From Curvularia clavata (Eukaryota), in the NCBI GenBank assembly GCA_023920165.1, contig CP089277.1, positions 992,001 through 1,056,000 of the forward strand: 64,000 nucleotides of DNA. The letters run 5' to 3'. A model generated the notes under the pieces. The model did no database searches, was not told the DNA's origin, and worked only from the letters and a program-made list of their open reading frames with translations. Positions 1-11,700 of this stretch are shown piece after piece; within the stretch, counting starts at the first letter, position 1, and every line of letters starts with the position of its first letter. The translations under genes were made by a program, and so were the position numbers.

Positions 1-1
1 C

Positions 2-463
2 TACAACCCCGCCGTCAGGGTTCAACCCGGCGTTGGCCCTGGTCCATCGGCGAACGGTGGTGGCGCGCCCAGTGGTGGCATGGGCGGCCGCTCGTATAAC
101 CGCACCGGCCACGGCGCTGACTTTAGTGATGCGCCGCCTGCATTCTCTCGACGATCCGGTTCCGACGCTGCCAGCAGGCCACCACCCCCTACACACACCG
201 AGGACGGCGAGGAGATGCAGACGCAGAACATCAGCATCCCCTCTGACATGGTTGGCTGCATCATCGGACGCGGCGGTAGCAAGATCAGCGAGATTCGCAA
301 GACGTCCAACGCTCGTATCTCGATTGCCAAGGCGCCTCACGACGACACTGGCGAGCGCATGTTCACTATTACTGGTAGCGCTAGTGCCAATGAGAAGGCA
401 CTGTATCTCTTGTACGAAAACCTCGAGGCCGAGAAGATGCGTCGCAGCCAGGCGCAAGAGTAG
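2..463 (+). CDS. KH-domain RNA-binding protein (Hek2/Pbp2/hnRNP K-like), 3' part only
   Basis: Frame is open from the window edge (YNPAVRVQPG...). C-terminal KH domain TQNISIPSDMVGCIIGRGGSKISEIRK...ERMFTITG with the GxxG loop. Stop TAG at 461-463. Confidence 0.9.
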   Translation, partial: YNPAVRVQPGVGPGPSANGGGAPSGGMGGRSYNRTGHGADFSDAPPAFSRRSGSDAASRPPPPTHTEDGEEMQTQNISIPSDMVGCIIGRGGSKISEIRKTSNARISIAKAPHDDTGERMFTITGSASANEKALYLLYENLEAEKMRRSQAQE

Positions 464-1862
464 GCCTCCTTGTTCGCAGGTCCCTTAATATGCACACGAA
501 TGAGGGCGGTGGTGCCCCTTCGCCACGTACCAGGACACACGAGTTGACGGAGCGGCCATGCAGGCTCTACTCCACATGACTGGTCCTTCGCATCGACCGC
601 CAGATGCATTTGTGGTTCCATAACGGGAAACCCGCCAACACGGTATCAAAAGCATGAGCTTGCTTAGTTTCTTACTTGCTGCTAACTGATGGATACCACG
701 GATTATTTTGGGGACATTGTTTTAACTTTTTTTTTTACCTGTCGAGAGAGAGATCGATATCTGAGTGCACGCTGAGCGGTTCACGAATGTCATGACGTTA
801 TGGCCTTTGATATCCGGATCGCGCATCTGCCTATGGGTAGCAGCGCTAGCATCCAACTTTGGGTTTTTCTGGCGAAGAAGAGCTGGGGAAGGATTGAGAT
901 GGGATTCATCATCTCCAAGTTTATGGCGAACAACAGCATGCATGTACATTCTCTAATCACCAACCCCTCACCCCACCTGGCCCGCTACTACCACACCACC
1001 CCTGCTACACACCGTCACTCCTACCGATACCTACTAGATACAACCAATCAACATGTTATGTCGACACGAGGGGATCTCGGCTGCTGGAGTGCATGTGAAG
1101 TGACTGCTGAAGCGATGGTGACTGCTCTTGTGTATGGTGGTGCTAAAGGGGCAGAGCGAAGGCGCGTGGAGGAGATGAGTTGGCCTTTGCACAGGCACGG
1201 CGAGGCTGCGAACGGCTGGACCCTCGCCGCCGCTGGCGGGCTAGCGCTGTACGTCATGTCTCCCGCTTGGACACGAAGCACAGGACCCAGATGCCGTTGG
1301 CCCCCTCGAGTGAACAGCGCAGCCAGCATGAGACCACTGCTTCGTGTACCGCAGCTCAACACGTCGACACGTCCAGAATGGTGGCGAGAGGTCAACGGGG
1401 CGGCTGTCGCTCGAGGCGCGGCAGCCCTTTGATGCGGTGAGGTTCGGCAGCAGAGTTCGCTTATCCTTCTATGCTTGCCAGGTTCAGTAGTACCAGGGAT
1501 CGCCCAGAAGGCCGGAGATTGGTAGACTAGAGAGCACCGCACCGCATGGCTTTGACGCCCGACCGATTTCCGAGGCTGGCATGGCAGGCTGTCTTTTCAT
1601 GAGCTATGCTGTTCTAGGAAGGGGCGTGATGCTGGTTAAAGATGATTCTTCTTGACCGCACATTCCCTCGTTTCCTCTCTCGTCCCTGCACACCTCCACA
1701 AACTTTTCTTCACTGTCCAAACACACACGGATTCACTCTCATCTTCACGACATCACCACAACGCGACCACTAGGACAAGAAACACGCCTTCACACCAAAC
1801 ACGCTTTTACACTTTTACACCTTGACGCCTTGGCCAGCATATAGCAGGCACACACGGAAACC

Positions 1863-2534
1863 ATGGCTCCTGTTCAGACACAAACCATGACCACCCACCA
1901 GTTCGACAACCCCGTCACAGTCATCCGGGCCTCCGGACGGATATCCAAGCCACCAGCACGCTCGACGCGCACACAAACCAAGGCCCTTCTCTCACACTCG
2001 CCACAAATTCCTACGGCACACCCAGACATCAACATCACACTCCTGCGCAATAAGCTACTCCTGCAATGCCGGAAATATCTCCCCTCGGACCTCCTCCACG
2101 AAGCCTTGGCAGACGGTCTCTACTCACGCGCCACGCACTGGATCACGCCGTGTTCGAGCGCCGCGTCTAAATTTGGCAAGCGGAAAAGATATTATGTGCT
2201 TGACTCGTCGACGTTCACGTTTCAGTCTCTAGGCAGCGCATGGGAGGCGCGGATCCTCTCGGGTGGCAGCCAGCCGATTGACGCAGGCAACGGTGTAGTC
2301 ATTTTTGTCAAGGAGAGAAAGGAGTGGAATGCCTTTATGGCGGGGTACAGGAGGCAGGGCAAGAGAGCGGGGCAGTTGATGAAGCTGAAGCAAAAAGACA
2401 CGGAGAGAGGGTGGAGAGACGCCTGGAAGCGCAAGTGCGGTATGGAAGAGAGCAGTGGCAAAGAAGTCAATGCCGGGCCCATGTGGGTGCTGGTCAAGAG
2501 CGCGGTGGCCAAGATTGTCAAGGGCGAGGCCTGA
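1863..2534 (+). CDS. Hypothetical basic protein, 223 aa, single exon
   Basis: ATG in good context (aaaccATGG) after a C/A-rich leader. Shows the C-rich-start/G-rich-end composition of other genes here. KRKR possible NLS. No family recognised. Confidence 0.55.
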   Translation: MAPVQTQTMTTHQFDNPVTVIRASGRISKPPARSTRTQTKALLSHSPQIPTAHPDINITLLRNKLLLQCRKYLPSDLLHEALADGLYSRATHWITPCSSAASKFGKRKRYYVLDSSTFTFQSLGSAWEARILSGGSQPIDAGNGVVIFVKERKEWNAFMAGYRRQGKRAGQLMKLKQKDTERGWRDAWKRKCGMEESSGKEVNAGPMWVLVKSAVAKIVKGEA

Positions 2535-3341
2535 GACGGTGAGCTGGGTACGACGATGACATGTGTTTTTGCACTTGTGCAGTCAGAATGAGGCGGAGAG
2601 GGCAAAGTCTGGGTGAGTGGGGTGGGGAGGGGAGCGAGCGGGCATCAGCAGGCCGGCGGCATCTGAAGGGCTAGGCCTCGGCGTTTTTCTCCTTTGCATC
2701 ATTTCTTAGCGAGCATTTTTTAGACACGACCTTTTATGATGGCTGGGGGCGGTAAGCGCGTGCGTAGCGCTAACATCGCCCTCTTGAGAGTAGATATGGC
2801 ATATATCCTCAATAACACACACAAGAAAAGTTTGCAAAATCAAACAGACGTGCGCTTGTAAGCGTAACCTCCTTTTTGCTGTTGCTCTCGGCCTTTTTGT
2901 GTGCTGCTCGCCCCCCTTCTCTCCCCGCCCTCAAAGTTCAGACGTTCGGCCCCACAAGGGACATGGCGGGCGCCCACGCTAGTCGCCCATCGGTTCCGAA
3001 ACACTAGCTTCCGAATTCCGATCCTTGAGAGGGAGGAGGCTCAACCGTGGCTCGTGGCTCGTGCCGCTCACATTTAGCGTTCTCCGTCTTAGCTCCGGCG
3101 CGAGGCTGTTGAAGCCACGGTTGTTCAAGGGCAAAAAAGGCAACTGAAGACAGGTGTCACTCTCTTTGCTCATTCATTTAATATCGACTTGCCAGCGCAA
3201 GACTCTCCGTGCTTGCGACTTGTCTTGGTTCCTTTTTTTTCCTCTACCGCGCCCACGTCGGTGTCTTCTGAGCGCTCGAATCTGCGCCTATCCACTCCTT
3301 TATAGGCCGTTGACATAGGATCCACGGCTATCGCATTCGCA

Positions 3342-4650
3342 ATGGCACAAGCAGTGCAGCGCAAGGGCAACGAGACCAACGGCCATGTCAACGGACATGC
3401 GCACCACCGTCTAGACGATGCCGTACATTCGATTGAGCAGAAACTAGAGGAGCAGGCCGAGCTACACGCGCGCAATCCCAAGGAGCAGAAGGAGGCAGGG
3501 CTGTTCCAGCTCGTCATCTGCGTCGCTGGTATCTACGGAAGTTTGTGAGTATCTCACTCGAGAGATAGAACGCACAGGAATCTGCGACTGACGGGCGCAT
3601 CACCACAGCATGACATGGGCGTGGATCCAAGAGCGTCTAACCACCACTTCCCACGGCCCACAAAACGAGCGCTTCACCTACTCCATCTTCCTCAACACCA
3701 TTCAATCCGCCTTCGCCGCTATAACGGGTCTCGCATACCTTTTCCTGTCCGCTCCCAAGGACCCCAGAACCGGTACGCGTAAGGTGCTCCCCATCTTCCC
3801 CTCCCGCAGCATCCTGCTGCCCCTCGTCGGCATCGCCCTCACCTCGTCTCTCGCCTCGCCCTTTGGCTACGCCAGCCTCAAACACATCGACTATGTGACT
3901 TTTATCCTCGCCAAGAGCTGTAAACTGCTGCCCGTTATGTTCCTCCACATCTCGCTCTTCCAGAAGCGGTACCCGCTGTACAAATACGCCGTCATCGGCT
4001 TCGTGACCCTCGGCGTCGCAGTCTTCACTCTCTACTCGCCCTCTACCGCCAAAAAAGCAGCAAAGAAAGGCACGAATGCAGAGGCCTCGCACGCCATCGG
4101 CCTGATCTTGCTCGGTGTAAACCTGCTCTTCGACGGCTTGACCAATACCGTCCAAGACCACATCTTCACCTCGTTCAAAGGCTTCACAGGCCCGCAAATG
4201 ATGTGTGCTCAGAACATCATCTCCACCGCCCTGACGGTATCCTACCTCCTAATCACCCCTCTCCTCGCCTCCACACCCCTCGCCACCTCCCTCTCCATGC
4301 CTACTTCCGAACTCGCCTCCGCTCTAAACTTCATCAGTACATACCCTTCCGTCGGCTGGGACGTCCTCATGTTCTCGGCCTGTGGTGCGATCGGCCAGGT
4401 CTTCATCTTTCATACGCTCGCGCATTTCAGTAGTTTGCTGTTGGTTACGGTCACCGTGACGAGGAAGATGCTGACCATGGTGTGGAGTGTTTGGTGGTTT
4501 GGACATGAGATTACGGGTATGCAGTGGGTGGGTGTTGGGCTTGTGTTTGGAGGAATTGGCGCCGAGGCTGCGATGGGGAGGAGGGAGAAAGCAAAGAAGG
4601 CTGCTGCTGCGGCTGCTGCGAAAAAGGCAGAGGCGGAGAAGAAGAGGTAA
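3342..4650 (+). CDS. HUT1: UDP-galactose transporter homolog 1 (UAA / SLC35B1 family)
   Basis: Exons 3342-3544 and 3609-4650 (intron GTGAGT...CTGAC...CACAG). Motifs LAKSCKLLPVM, NLLFDGLTN, VTVTRKMLT. Multiple TM segments. Confidence 0.93.
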
Positions 4651-4986
4651 GGGGGATTTTTGGGTGTTGTAAGGGCGTGATTTGGTGTACATAGGAGATG
4701 TCGGCTGTTGTTGTTTTTGATTTAAGTTCAGGTTTATTTCCTTTGACATGGAATATGCAAGAAAAACTTGGAGAAGTTAGATACCATAGAATACTGCCTA
4801 GAAATGTAAAAAAGGTCATATATGTTTGAATGAAAGTTTAATCCAAGCGTGTTTTCTGTCAAAAAGCGTCGTTTGAATTTCATGCCTAGGGACAGCTGCT
4901 CAGCATGCACAAACTTTCTTCAAGTCACTAAATTTCCACAGCAGATCCAACACATCAACACAACACTCTACATCCCCAGGCCGAAA

Positions 4987-6825
4987 TCACTCCACAACCC
5001 CCTTTTTCGCCCACTCCCTCAACACATTCTTCTGGATCTTGCCCGTACTCGTCTTGGGCAACTCCTTGACCACCACAACCTCCCTCGGCACCATGAACCT
5101 ACTGATATGGCTATTTTCCTTTGCCCACTGAATGACCTCAGCCCCCAGCGTCTGACTATCAGCATTGGGGTCTTTGGTAGTAACGAAAGCCTTGGGTCGC
5201 TCGCCCCAGTGGGAATCCGGGACGGCGCAGACGCCGACTTCGAGGATGGCCGGGTGCGTCGAGAGCATTGCTTCGAGGGCGACAGAGGAGATATTTTCGC
5301 CGCCTGTTGATTTTTTTGTTAGGAAAGAGGGAAATTTCTTGCGGGATGAAAAAAAAAGGAAATGGAACGTACCACTGATAATAATATCCTTTGCTCGATC
5401 CAAGATTTGAATTGCGCCATCGGGATGCCACACAGCCAGATCACCCGTATGCAGCCATCCACCCTCCCAGAGTTTCCTTGTCGCCTCAGCATCCTTGTAG
5501 TACCCCTTTGCGCAAATATTGCCGTTGAAAATGATTTCTCCGATTTCCTTGCCGTTGCGCTCCACGTCAGTTAGCACACCAGCAGGCTGTTCCGTCTTGA
5601 TGACGCGCAGGGCCTTGGAAACGACGAAGCCGTGACCCTGGCGAGCCATGCGACTGTACTTTTCTTTATCGGGTAGCGTGTCCCATTCAGGCATGTGGTA
5701 GCCTTTTGTGATGGGTCCGTAGGTTTCTGTCAGTCCGTAGACGTGCACGGGGTGGAGGTTCAGGTTTGACATTTGTTCAAAGAGCCAGGCTGAGGGTGGG
5801 GAGGCGGCGACGGTGACACGCACAGATTGGGGGAGGCGCTCGGCTTCTTTGGCGGCACAGAGAAGCGTATTGACGGTTGGGGCGGCGTTGAAGTGTGTTA
5901 TGCCTTCTTCTTTGAGCAGGCGCCAGATCTCGGGGTAATCGATCTTGCGGAGACAGTAGTGGGTGCCCCGGACGGCCGTGACGGACCAGGGGAATGTCCA
6001 GCCTGTGGCATGGAACATGGGCAGAGTCCAGAGATATTTTGCTCGGCCTGTATGGTAGTTGAGCCCAGACTCAATGATGTTGCCCATGGCAGCGAGGTAG
6101 ACGCCACGATGTGTGTATTCGACACCTTTTGGCCTGGCTGTGGTTCCGCTGGTATATGCTAGCGCAATCACATCCTCCTCGTTCTTTGCATGCGACTCCA
6201 AGTCGTCCCATCCTTTGTTGCCCTGCTGAATGTCATAATTTAGCCCTTCTAGCACCGCATCGTCAAAAGGTCCTGAGAGCTCGCCCTCGGTGGCATCTGT
6301 ATCTGTGTCGATCAAGATTGGTACGCTCGGTTTTGCCTTCTTGTAATCATCTAGAAGGCCTACGAATTCGGCATCTGCGATGATCATATCAACATCAGAG
6401 TGCTGGAAGATGTAGCTGATGTCGTCTGGCTTCAGTCGATAATTGATAGCCACATTCACAGCACCTGCTGCAGCAATTCCGAATATACTTTCCAGGAATG
6501 CTGGAGTGTTGGTTGCCAGTATTCCCACCCTCTTGTATCCATGTTTTCTCAGGTAGTACGCCAATCCTCGTGCGCGATCCGCTGCTTCAGCGTAAGAGCG
6601 TCGCAGTATTTTATTGTTTGCCGTCTTGTGATATATCGCCGTGGCATCGGGCTCAATCTGCGCGGCACGCCATAGGAACCATGTCGGGCTGAGCGTGTGG
6701 AAATTGTGTCTGTGGTGGTATTCGTGACTATCGCCGGGGTGGATGGTCGGCGGACCCGGGACGGGGTTTGCGGAGGTGAAGTGCGACGCAAGCTGCTTGA
6801 GACGGTCTTTGGCGCCTTCCATCAT
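4987..6825 (-). CDS. AMP-binding acyl-CoA synthetase (AAE7 / short-medium-chain fatty acyl-CoA ligase-like), probably peroxisomal
   Basis: Motifs YTSGTTARPKG, VYGLTETYG, WLHTGD, DRAKDIIISG|GENISS, PKTSTGKIQK. Start ATG at 6825 or 6822. One 69-nt in-frame intron at 5304-5372. N-terminal RLKQLASHF. Confidence 0.92.
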   Translation of the reverse strand: MMEGAKDRLKQLASHFTSANPVPGPPTIHPGDSHEYHHRHNFHTLSPTWFLWRAAQIEPDATAIYHKTANNKILRRSYAEAADRARGLAYYLRKHGYKRVGILATNTPAFLESIFGIAAAGAVNVAINYRLKPDDISYIFQHSDVDMIIADAEFVGLLDDYKKAKPSVPILIDTDTDATEGELSGPFDDAVLEGLNYDIQQGNKGWDDLESHAKNEEDVIALAYTSGTTARPKGVEYTHRGVYLAAMGNIIESGLNYHTGRAKYLWTLPMFHATGWTFPWSVTAVRGTHYCLRKIDYPEIWRLLKEEGITHFNAAPTVNTLLCAAKEAERLPQSVRVTVAASPPSAWLFEQMSNLNLHPVHVYGLTETYGPITKGYHMPEWDTLPDKEKYSRMARQGHGFVVSKALRVIKTEQPAGVLTDVERNGKEIGEIIFNGNICAKGYYKDAEATRKLWEGGWLHTGDLAVWHPDGAIQILDRAKDIIISGTFHFLFFSSRKKFPSFLTKKSTGGENISSVALEAMLSTHPAILEVGVCAVPDSHWGERPKAFVTTKDPNADSQTLGAEVIQWAKENSHISRFMVPREVVVVKELPKTSTGKIQKNVLREWAKKGVVE

Positions 6826-7188
6826 GTATGTGTTGGGCAGATAACAATTGAGCTGCAACAAGCTTTTATACACACGCGAGTTCAAGACCGATCTACAGGC
6901 TTGGCCAAGCTGAGCTGGAGCTACGGGCGCGTGAATGCGGAGAAAGTCCGTCCGCTGCGGGTGCAAGTGCGAGAGATATCCGAAGTCCTACGCGCTGAAG
7001 AGTTGAAGATACAGCCTCGACCTCGATACGAATTGAAATGCGACGGCCAGCGGAAAGCAACACTGGATCAGGAAACCACTGAAGAGTCGCGTTGTACAGT
7101 ACTGGACCGGTTGACAGGTTGCGCCGATGCTTACGGCCCTGAGTTGGGGAAATCTGGGGAAGGGATTCAACGCGGGACGACGTCAGAG

Positions 7189-7194
7189 CCGAGG
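7189..7194. promoter_or_regulatory. CCGAGG/CCTCGG FarA/FarB-type element upstream of the acyl-CoA synthetase
   Basis: Exact hexamer about 365 nt upstream of the ATG. Fits a fatty-acid/peroxisomal gene, but a single 6-mer can occur by chance. Confidence 0.35.
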
Positions 7195-7626
7195 TTAAGC
7201 GCCAATTGAGCTGCCCTGTCCATCCTTCCGACCGCAATAGTTCCGCAAGCAGAGTGCCCTAGTCAGTTATACGAGCAAGACATCAAATGCACAGATAGTC
7301 AAGAATACTGCAAACGAAGACCGAGTTGGATTAATCACATACCCACCAGTCTATTGCTGAACGCTCAACGCCATCAACATGCTTTACATCAGCTGTGATT
7401 TTTCATTTCGTATTGCTTCTAGCCGGAAGAGTACCTGAAGACACAGCAGACCGACCGCAAAGAGACCCATGAACACGTAAGCACTCTGGTATTGATGTGC
7501 TCTTTTAGCCTGGTAACCCTTTCGAATGGTCGGAGTATAGTAGAGGAAAGAAACATCCCATGAGCCAAATGCAATCCACGCCGAACCACGTCACCGAAAC
7601 CGACACTGGTCATCAACTGCCGTTTT

Positions 7627-8703
7627 CTAGTATCCGAGGGCGGTAAGCTGCTCCTTGGTCTTGCTATCAACGTTGGCCGTCTTCTTGGCCTCGGCCAACT
7701 GCCTTCGGAGGGCCTTCTTGCGCTCGTAGTAAGCGGCACCCTTGACCTTCCTGCGCTCCTCAAGACTGTGCAAAATATTGTTAGCAATGTGACGCCGTGT
7801 GTGACAATCGTTGCGACATACCGGGCAACAACATCCTGGTACTTCCAGCCGAACTCGTGGCCGAGACGGCCGACAGTGCAGTACTTGCGGCCGGGCTTGA
7901 GCCTCAGTACCCTCAGGGCCTGAGGAACAACGACGCGCTTCTTCTTGTCGTAGGGGGCGGGGACACCCTCAAACGTCTTGAGGCGCTCCATGGCGGCGGC
8001 ACCGCGGGCAGTCTTGTGGGGAATCATGCCGCGGACAGTTCGCCAGAACATCTTGGAGGGAGCGCGGAAGTGGAAGGGACCTGAACGGCTGGTTAGCACG
8101 CCGCTGATGAAAATGACACCCAGTCAAAAAAAAAAACTTGACTAGACGAGTGCGGCGGATCAAGGGGGAGACGTACCACCACGGGTGGGGTTGAAACGAG
8201 TCTGCTTGCGCAGGAAAGCCGAGTACTTCACTGCAAAATGTTGTCAGCTCATGTCTTGTGTGTCGAGAGTGCCGAGAGAGCGCTTCGCCAGAGCAGCCAC
8301 AATGCACGTCAATGATCAATTCGAGCCCTTTGTCAAATCCTCCTGTCCCATGTGCGTTCACTGTGGCCTGCTGTCCATGGCGCCTGCTCGGATTCGGTGG
8401 GTGAACGTACGCTTCGCGCGGAAGAACTCGCCGGAGATGTTGAGAGCCTCACATCGTACGACGACGATCTTCTGGCCATTGAGGAGCTGCTTGGCGACAG
8501 TGCTGGCGAGGCGACCGAGCAAGTGGCCCTTGCCGTCGATGACCTGGGTGCGCTGTCAGCGAGAGGCTTCTTGGAAAGCAAGATATGCGTATTGTTGACG
8601 AGGCGCGGCCTGGCATGGCGGCGGGGAGCGACCGCCTGGCCTGAAAATATGCGGCTTCGTGTATTCGGGGCGTACGTACAATGACGGGTTCGAAGGTCGA
8701 CAT
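7627..8703 (-). CDS. RPL16: 60S ribosomal protein L16 (uL13/L13a)
   Basis: Five exons: 8703-8680, 8543-8411, 8230-8177, 8080-7822, 7765-7627. Spliced product [22 protein letters not shown]...[24 protein letters not shown]...[18 protein letters not shown]. All introns are GT-AG with branch sites. Confidence 0.97.
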
Positions 8704-11700
8704 TTTGCTCGACTCCGGTGTGCTGTGAGGTTAGTTGTCGTGAAGAAAGAGCTCGTTGCAGCGGATTCCAATACCACCAACAGGCTAAGCGAATATTTCG
8801 CTGGTGTGTGCTGTGGCCCGTGCGCCGTTTAGCGCCGCGACTCGACTTGTCCGCCAGCACTTCAGCGACGAGTGTGCAATTGAAGCGAGACATCTCATCA
8901 GACCAAAGCATCGCGTGCAGTGTTGGGGACTAATCATATTTCTGTCGTGGTGTTTGTCGTGCACGGGCGGGGATACCGTGGTGGTGGTGATGCTGCACCT
9001 GGGAGAACCACTCTTCTCAGAATGTGTCCGAAACTTTGCAGGAAACCTCTGTGGTTATTATTGCACGCCTTGCGATGTGCGTGCTATGCAGTTCTGCCCC
9101 GAAGAGAAAGTAAGAGAAGTCTCTTTTTATCCGTGGCCTAGTGGGTGCTGCAGGCGCCTGGGTCTCAGTGTCAGTTGGCGCAGGTATGCTACTAGGTAAA
9201 TGTGAGGATGTCGACAAGTCAATTTCATCTGCCACACAAAGCTTCCAACATACCCACGACACAACGACCTAATGTGCCGAGCCCTCCTGTTTTCTGGAAG
9301 AACCGAAGATTCTCCTGACAATTTATTCAAGCCATGGCCCATAATCAAAAGGAGAATGAGGAAGTAGCAGTTGACGCTCCTTCTTACCGTGTGCTTTCCA
9401 TCTTTGTGGTCTGGATTGGGTGGGCACAAATGCCTTTCCTTTCTTGCCAACGACCAAAGTAGCCCGAGACACATTTCTTTCACATCAGTCCACTCAATAT
9501 GTCGCCTTTTAGCCACGATGCAATGTCTCCAACACCTAGTCCTATCTCCCTCGCAATTGATCTGCAACCCATGTCTTCTAACACCAAGTACTGAAGCAAA
9601 CACGATCAAGGGCGGTGGCGATGGGACTGCTGGAATTCACGCAAAGTCTTCTCTCTGTAGCTTCTGCAGTGCTTTCGATAAGTTGCAACGTCCGCGCGAA
9701 CAGACCGACTCTGGCGTAATTGCCCCAGTCATGCAGCTGGTCTTTTCCTTCCTACTAGCAACTTCGTCTAGTCATCGGCCGATGGCTATTCTTCATCATA
9801 CTGCAGGCTTCTTCTGTTCAATTAAAGTGTTTCTAACACCTCATACGCATCTCTTTCGCGCAGAGGCCTTGCATGTGCATCTGGGACAGGGCTTTGTTCA
9901 TTTGGCGTGGAAGACATTCTGTAGAACGCCGTCGCTCTGTATGCAGCTTCCGGCGGACAGCAGTTCCCGACATGTTCTTTGCTAAGCACCCAAAACTGGA
10001 CAAGACCATCCGCATGTTGCCTCTTGCCAACAGCACCGTACTGAAAAATTGCGTCATGGCCTCAGCGACCCATATCCCCTGTGTGCTAGACACGCCCCAG
10101 ACCCACCACCAACGGCTTACCATAGCGGAAGTATGAGCGTATCCACGTATTCACGTATCCGCCACTAGAAGATACGGTGCTCGCTTTCTTGAGCATCGAC
10201 AAGCCAGTGGACTCGCTACGCCTACCCTCTGAATAACACCATGGGAATAGTCACACGTCTAGACCTCAGAATAAATCGATGGTGAAAGCATCGCTCTTGG
10301 CATTTCATCATATTATGCATAACTCAACTCAATTGCCAGCGCAATCTAGAAGGTTCTAATTATGAATCTGGGGCCCAGTCTGACGAACACTATTGGGCTC
10401 TTTTCGCGTCTTAGCTATCCCCTGCATCCTGAATTCGTTAATGCACATAGCAGAATCCGTACAGGTTGTACGGCAGGGTCTGGTTCCGTTGTGCTGATCG
10501 CAACGTGACGATCGTCATGTCCCTTGGCTTTCTGTGTCTACAATGTAAGTTTCCTCTTGTCTCTCTCCTTGGAGACTCTGTAACTACTGTGACGCTCATT
10601 ACGAAGCGTAACCCAATTTTAAGTGCACTCAGGACCAACACTCTGCTTCTGAGTCCATTTCATTCAAATCATGCGTAGAACCACCTTGCAGGGCTGTGAC
10701 GTCGGCAAGGTCTAACACCCGAGGATGTCAAGATCGATCGCGGCCCCTTTGACCGAAACTCAATAGAAGCGAATAAGCGGATTCGCAGGTTTTGTTCGGC
10801 GGTGATTGCCGCGCATACATACTCTATATGTGCACTGGTCGTTGACCGCAAACTTTTCGATCACGGTACGATGACTGCGTCGTCGATCATATGGAACATC
10901 CAGATCTACAACACACGTGACATTTGACCGTATGTTCACAAACGATAATGACAATCACAATAACTCACAGTTGCTTGACATGTAGCCTCCAGAGGACAAC
11001 AACAACCTGGGCGAGGGACGAATCTCATTGATGGGGACTAGACTTATCCGTGCTTTTGCAAGCGACAACGTCCTTACGTATTCATTATCGTGGCCGCCAT
11101 CCTCTCCTCATTACTGGACTGTAAGTCGTGTCATGCGCCACAGCAAAATGCATGCAAATTGCCAACCCTGACAGACTGATCTTGGCGTCATGCATCCCTG
11201 CTTGGCGCCGCACTGCGTGAGGCGTGGCTGAAAAGGACGTTGTGCGAGACCGCCACTCCTGAAGGGCGCCGTTCCATCTCATGTCTTGACGCAAGACCAA
11301 GTCCGCTGCATTGCGTGGCTAGTGCTGTGGCTAGTGCATCGACTAGGCTAACAGTCCGACTGGGAGGAAGGTTTCGTATCTCGGCTTACATCTTCGCTGC
11401 ATCGTGCGACTCAGGCAAGGAGCAGGAAAGGGGAGCCAGCTGAGTCATCCGGAAGTCGGCACAGCTAGTTCAATAACAAGGACCACTAAACACTGTACCC
11501 ATTTAAAAAGGTGTTCCGACCAACACCGCCCGCATTGAGACATGTTTTCCGCCAAGAGCTCTTGTTATGACGCAGACGTGCAGAATCGGTTCTTCCGAAA
11601 CTCACAAATGGGGCGACTTGTGTTCTGTTTTCTTCGCTTTCGCTTAGACAGCAGTAAGCCGGTATCTGTCACGAAACGTCTTTTGCCTCTTAGAAAAAGC

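Noticed and set aside
800..1542. Overlapping 210-aa (+) and 164-aa (-) ORFs downstream of the KH gene
   Set aside because: No domain, no codon bias and mutually overlapping. Probably 3' UTR or intergenic sequence.
6826..6966. N-terminal extension of the acyl-CoA synthetase in the ORF track
   Set aside because: Starts at a non-ATG codon. The PTS2 position supports the ATG at 6825/6822.
8105..8110. TGATGA box-C-like motif in RPL16 intron 3
   Set aside because: It is antisense to the transcript and has no matching box D arrangement, so it is not called a snoRNA.
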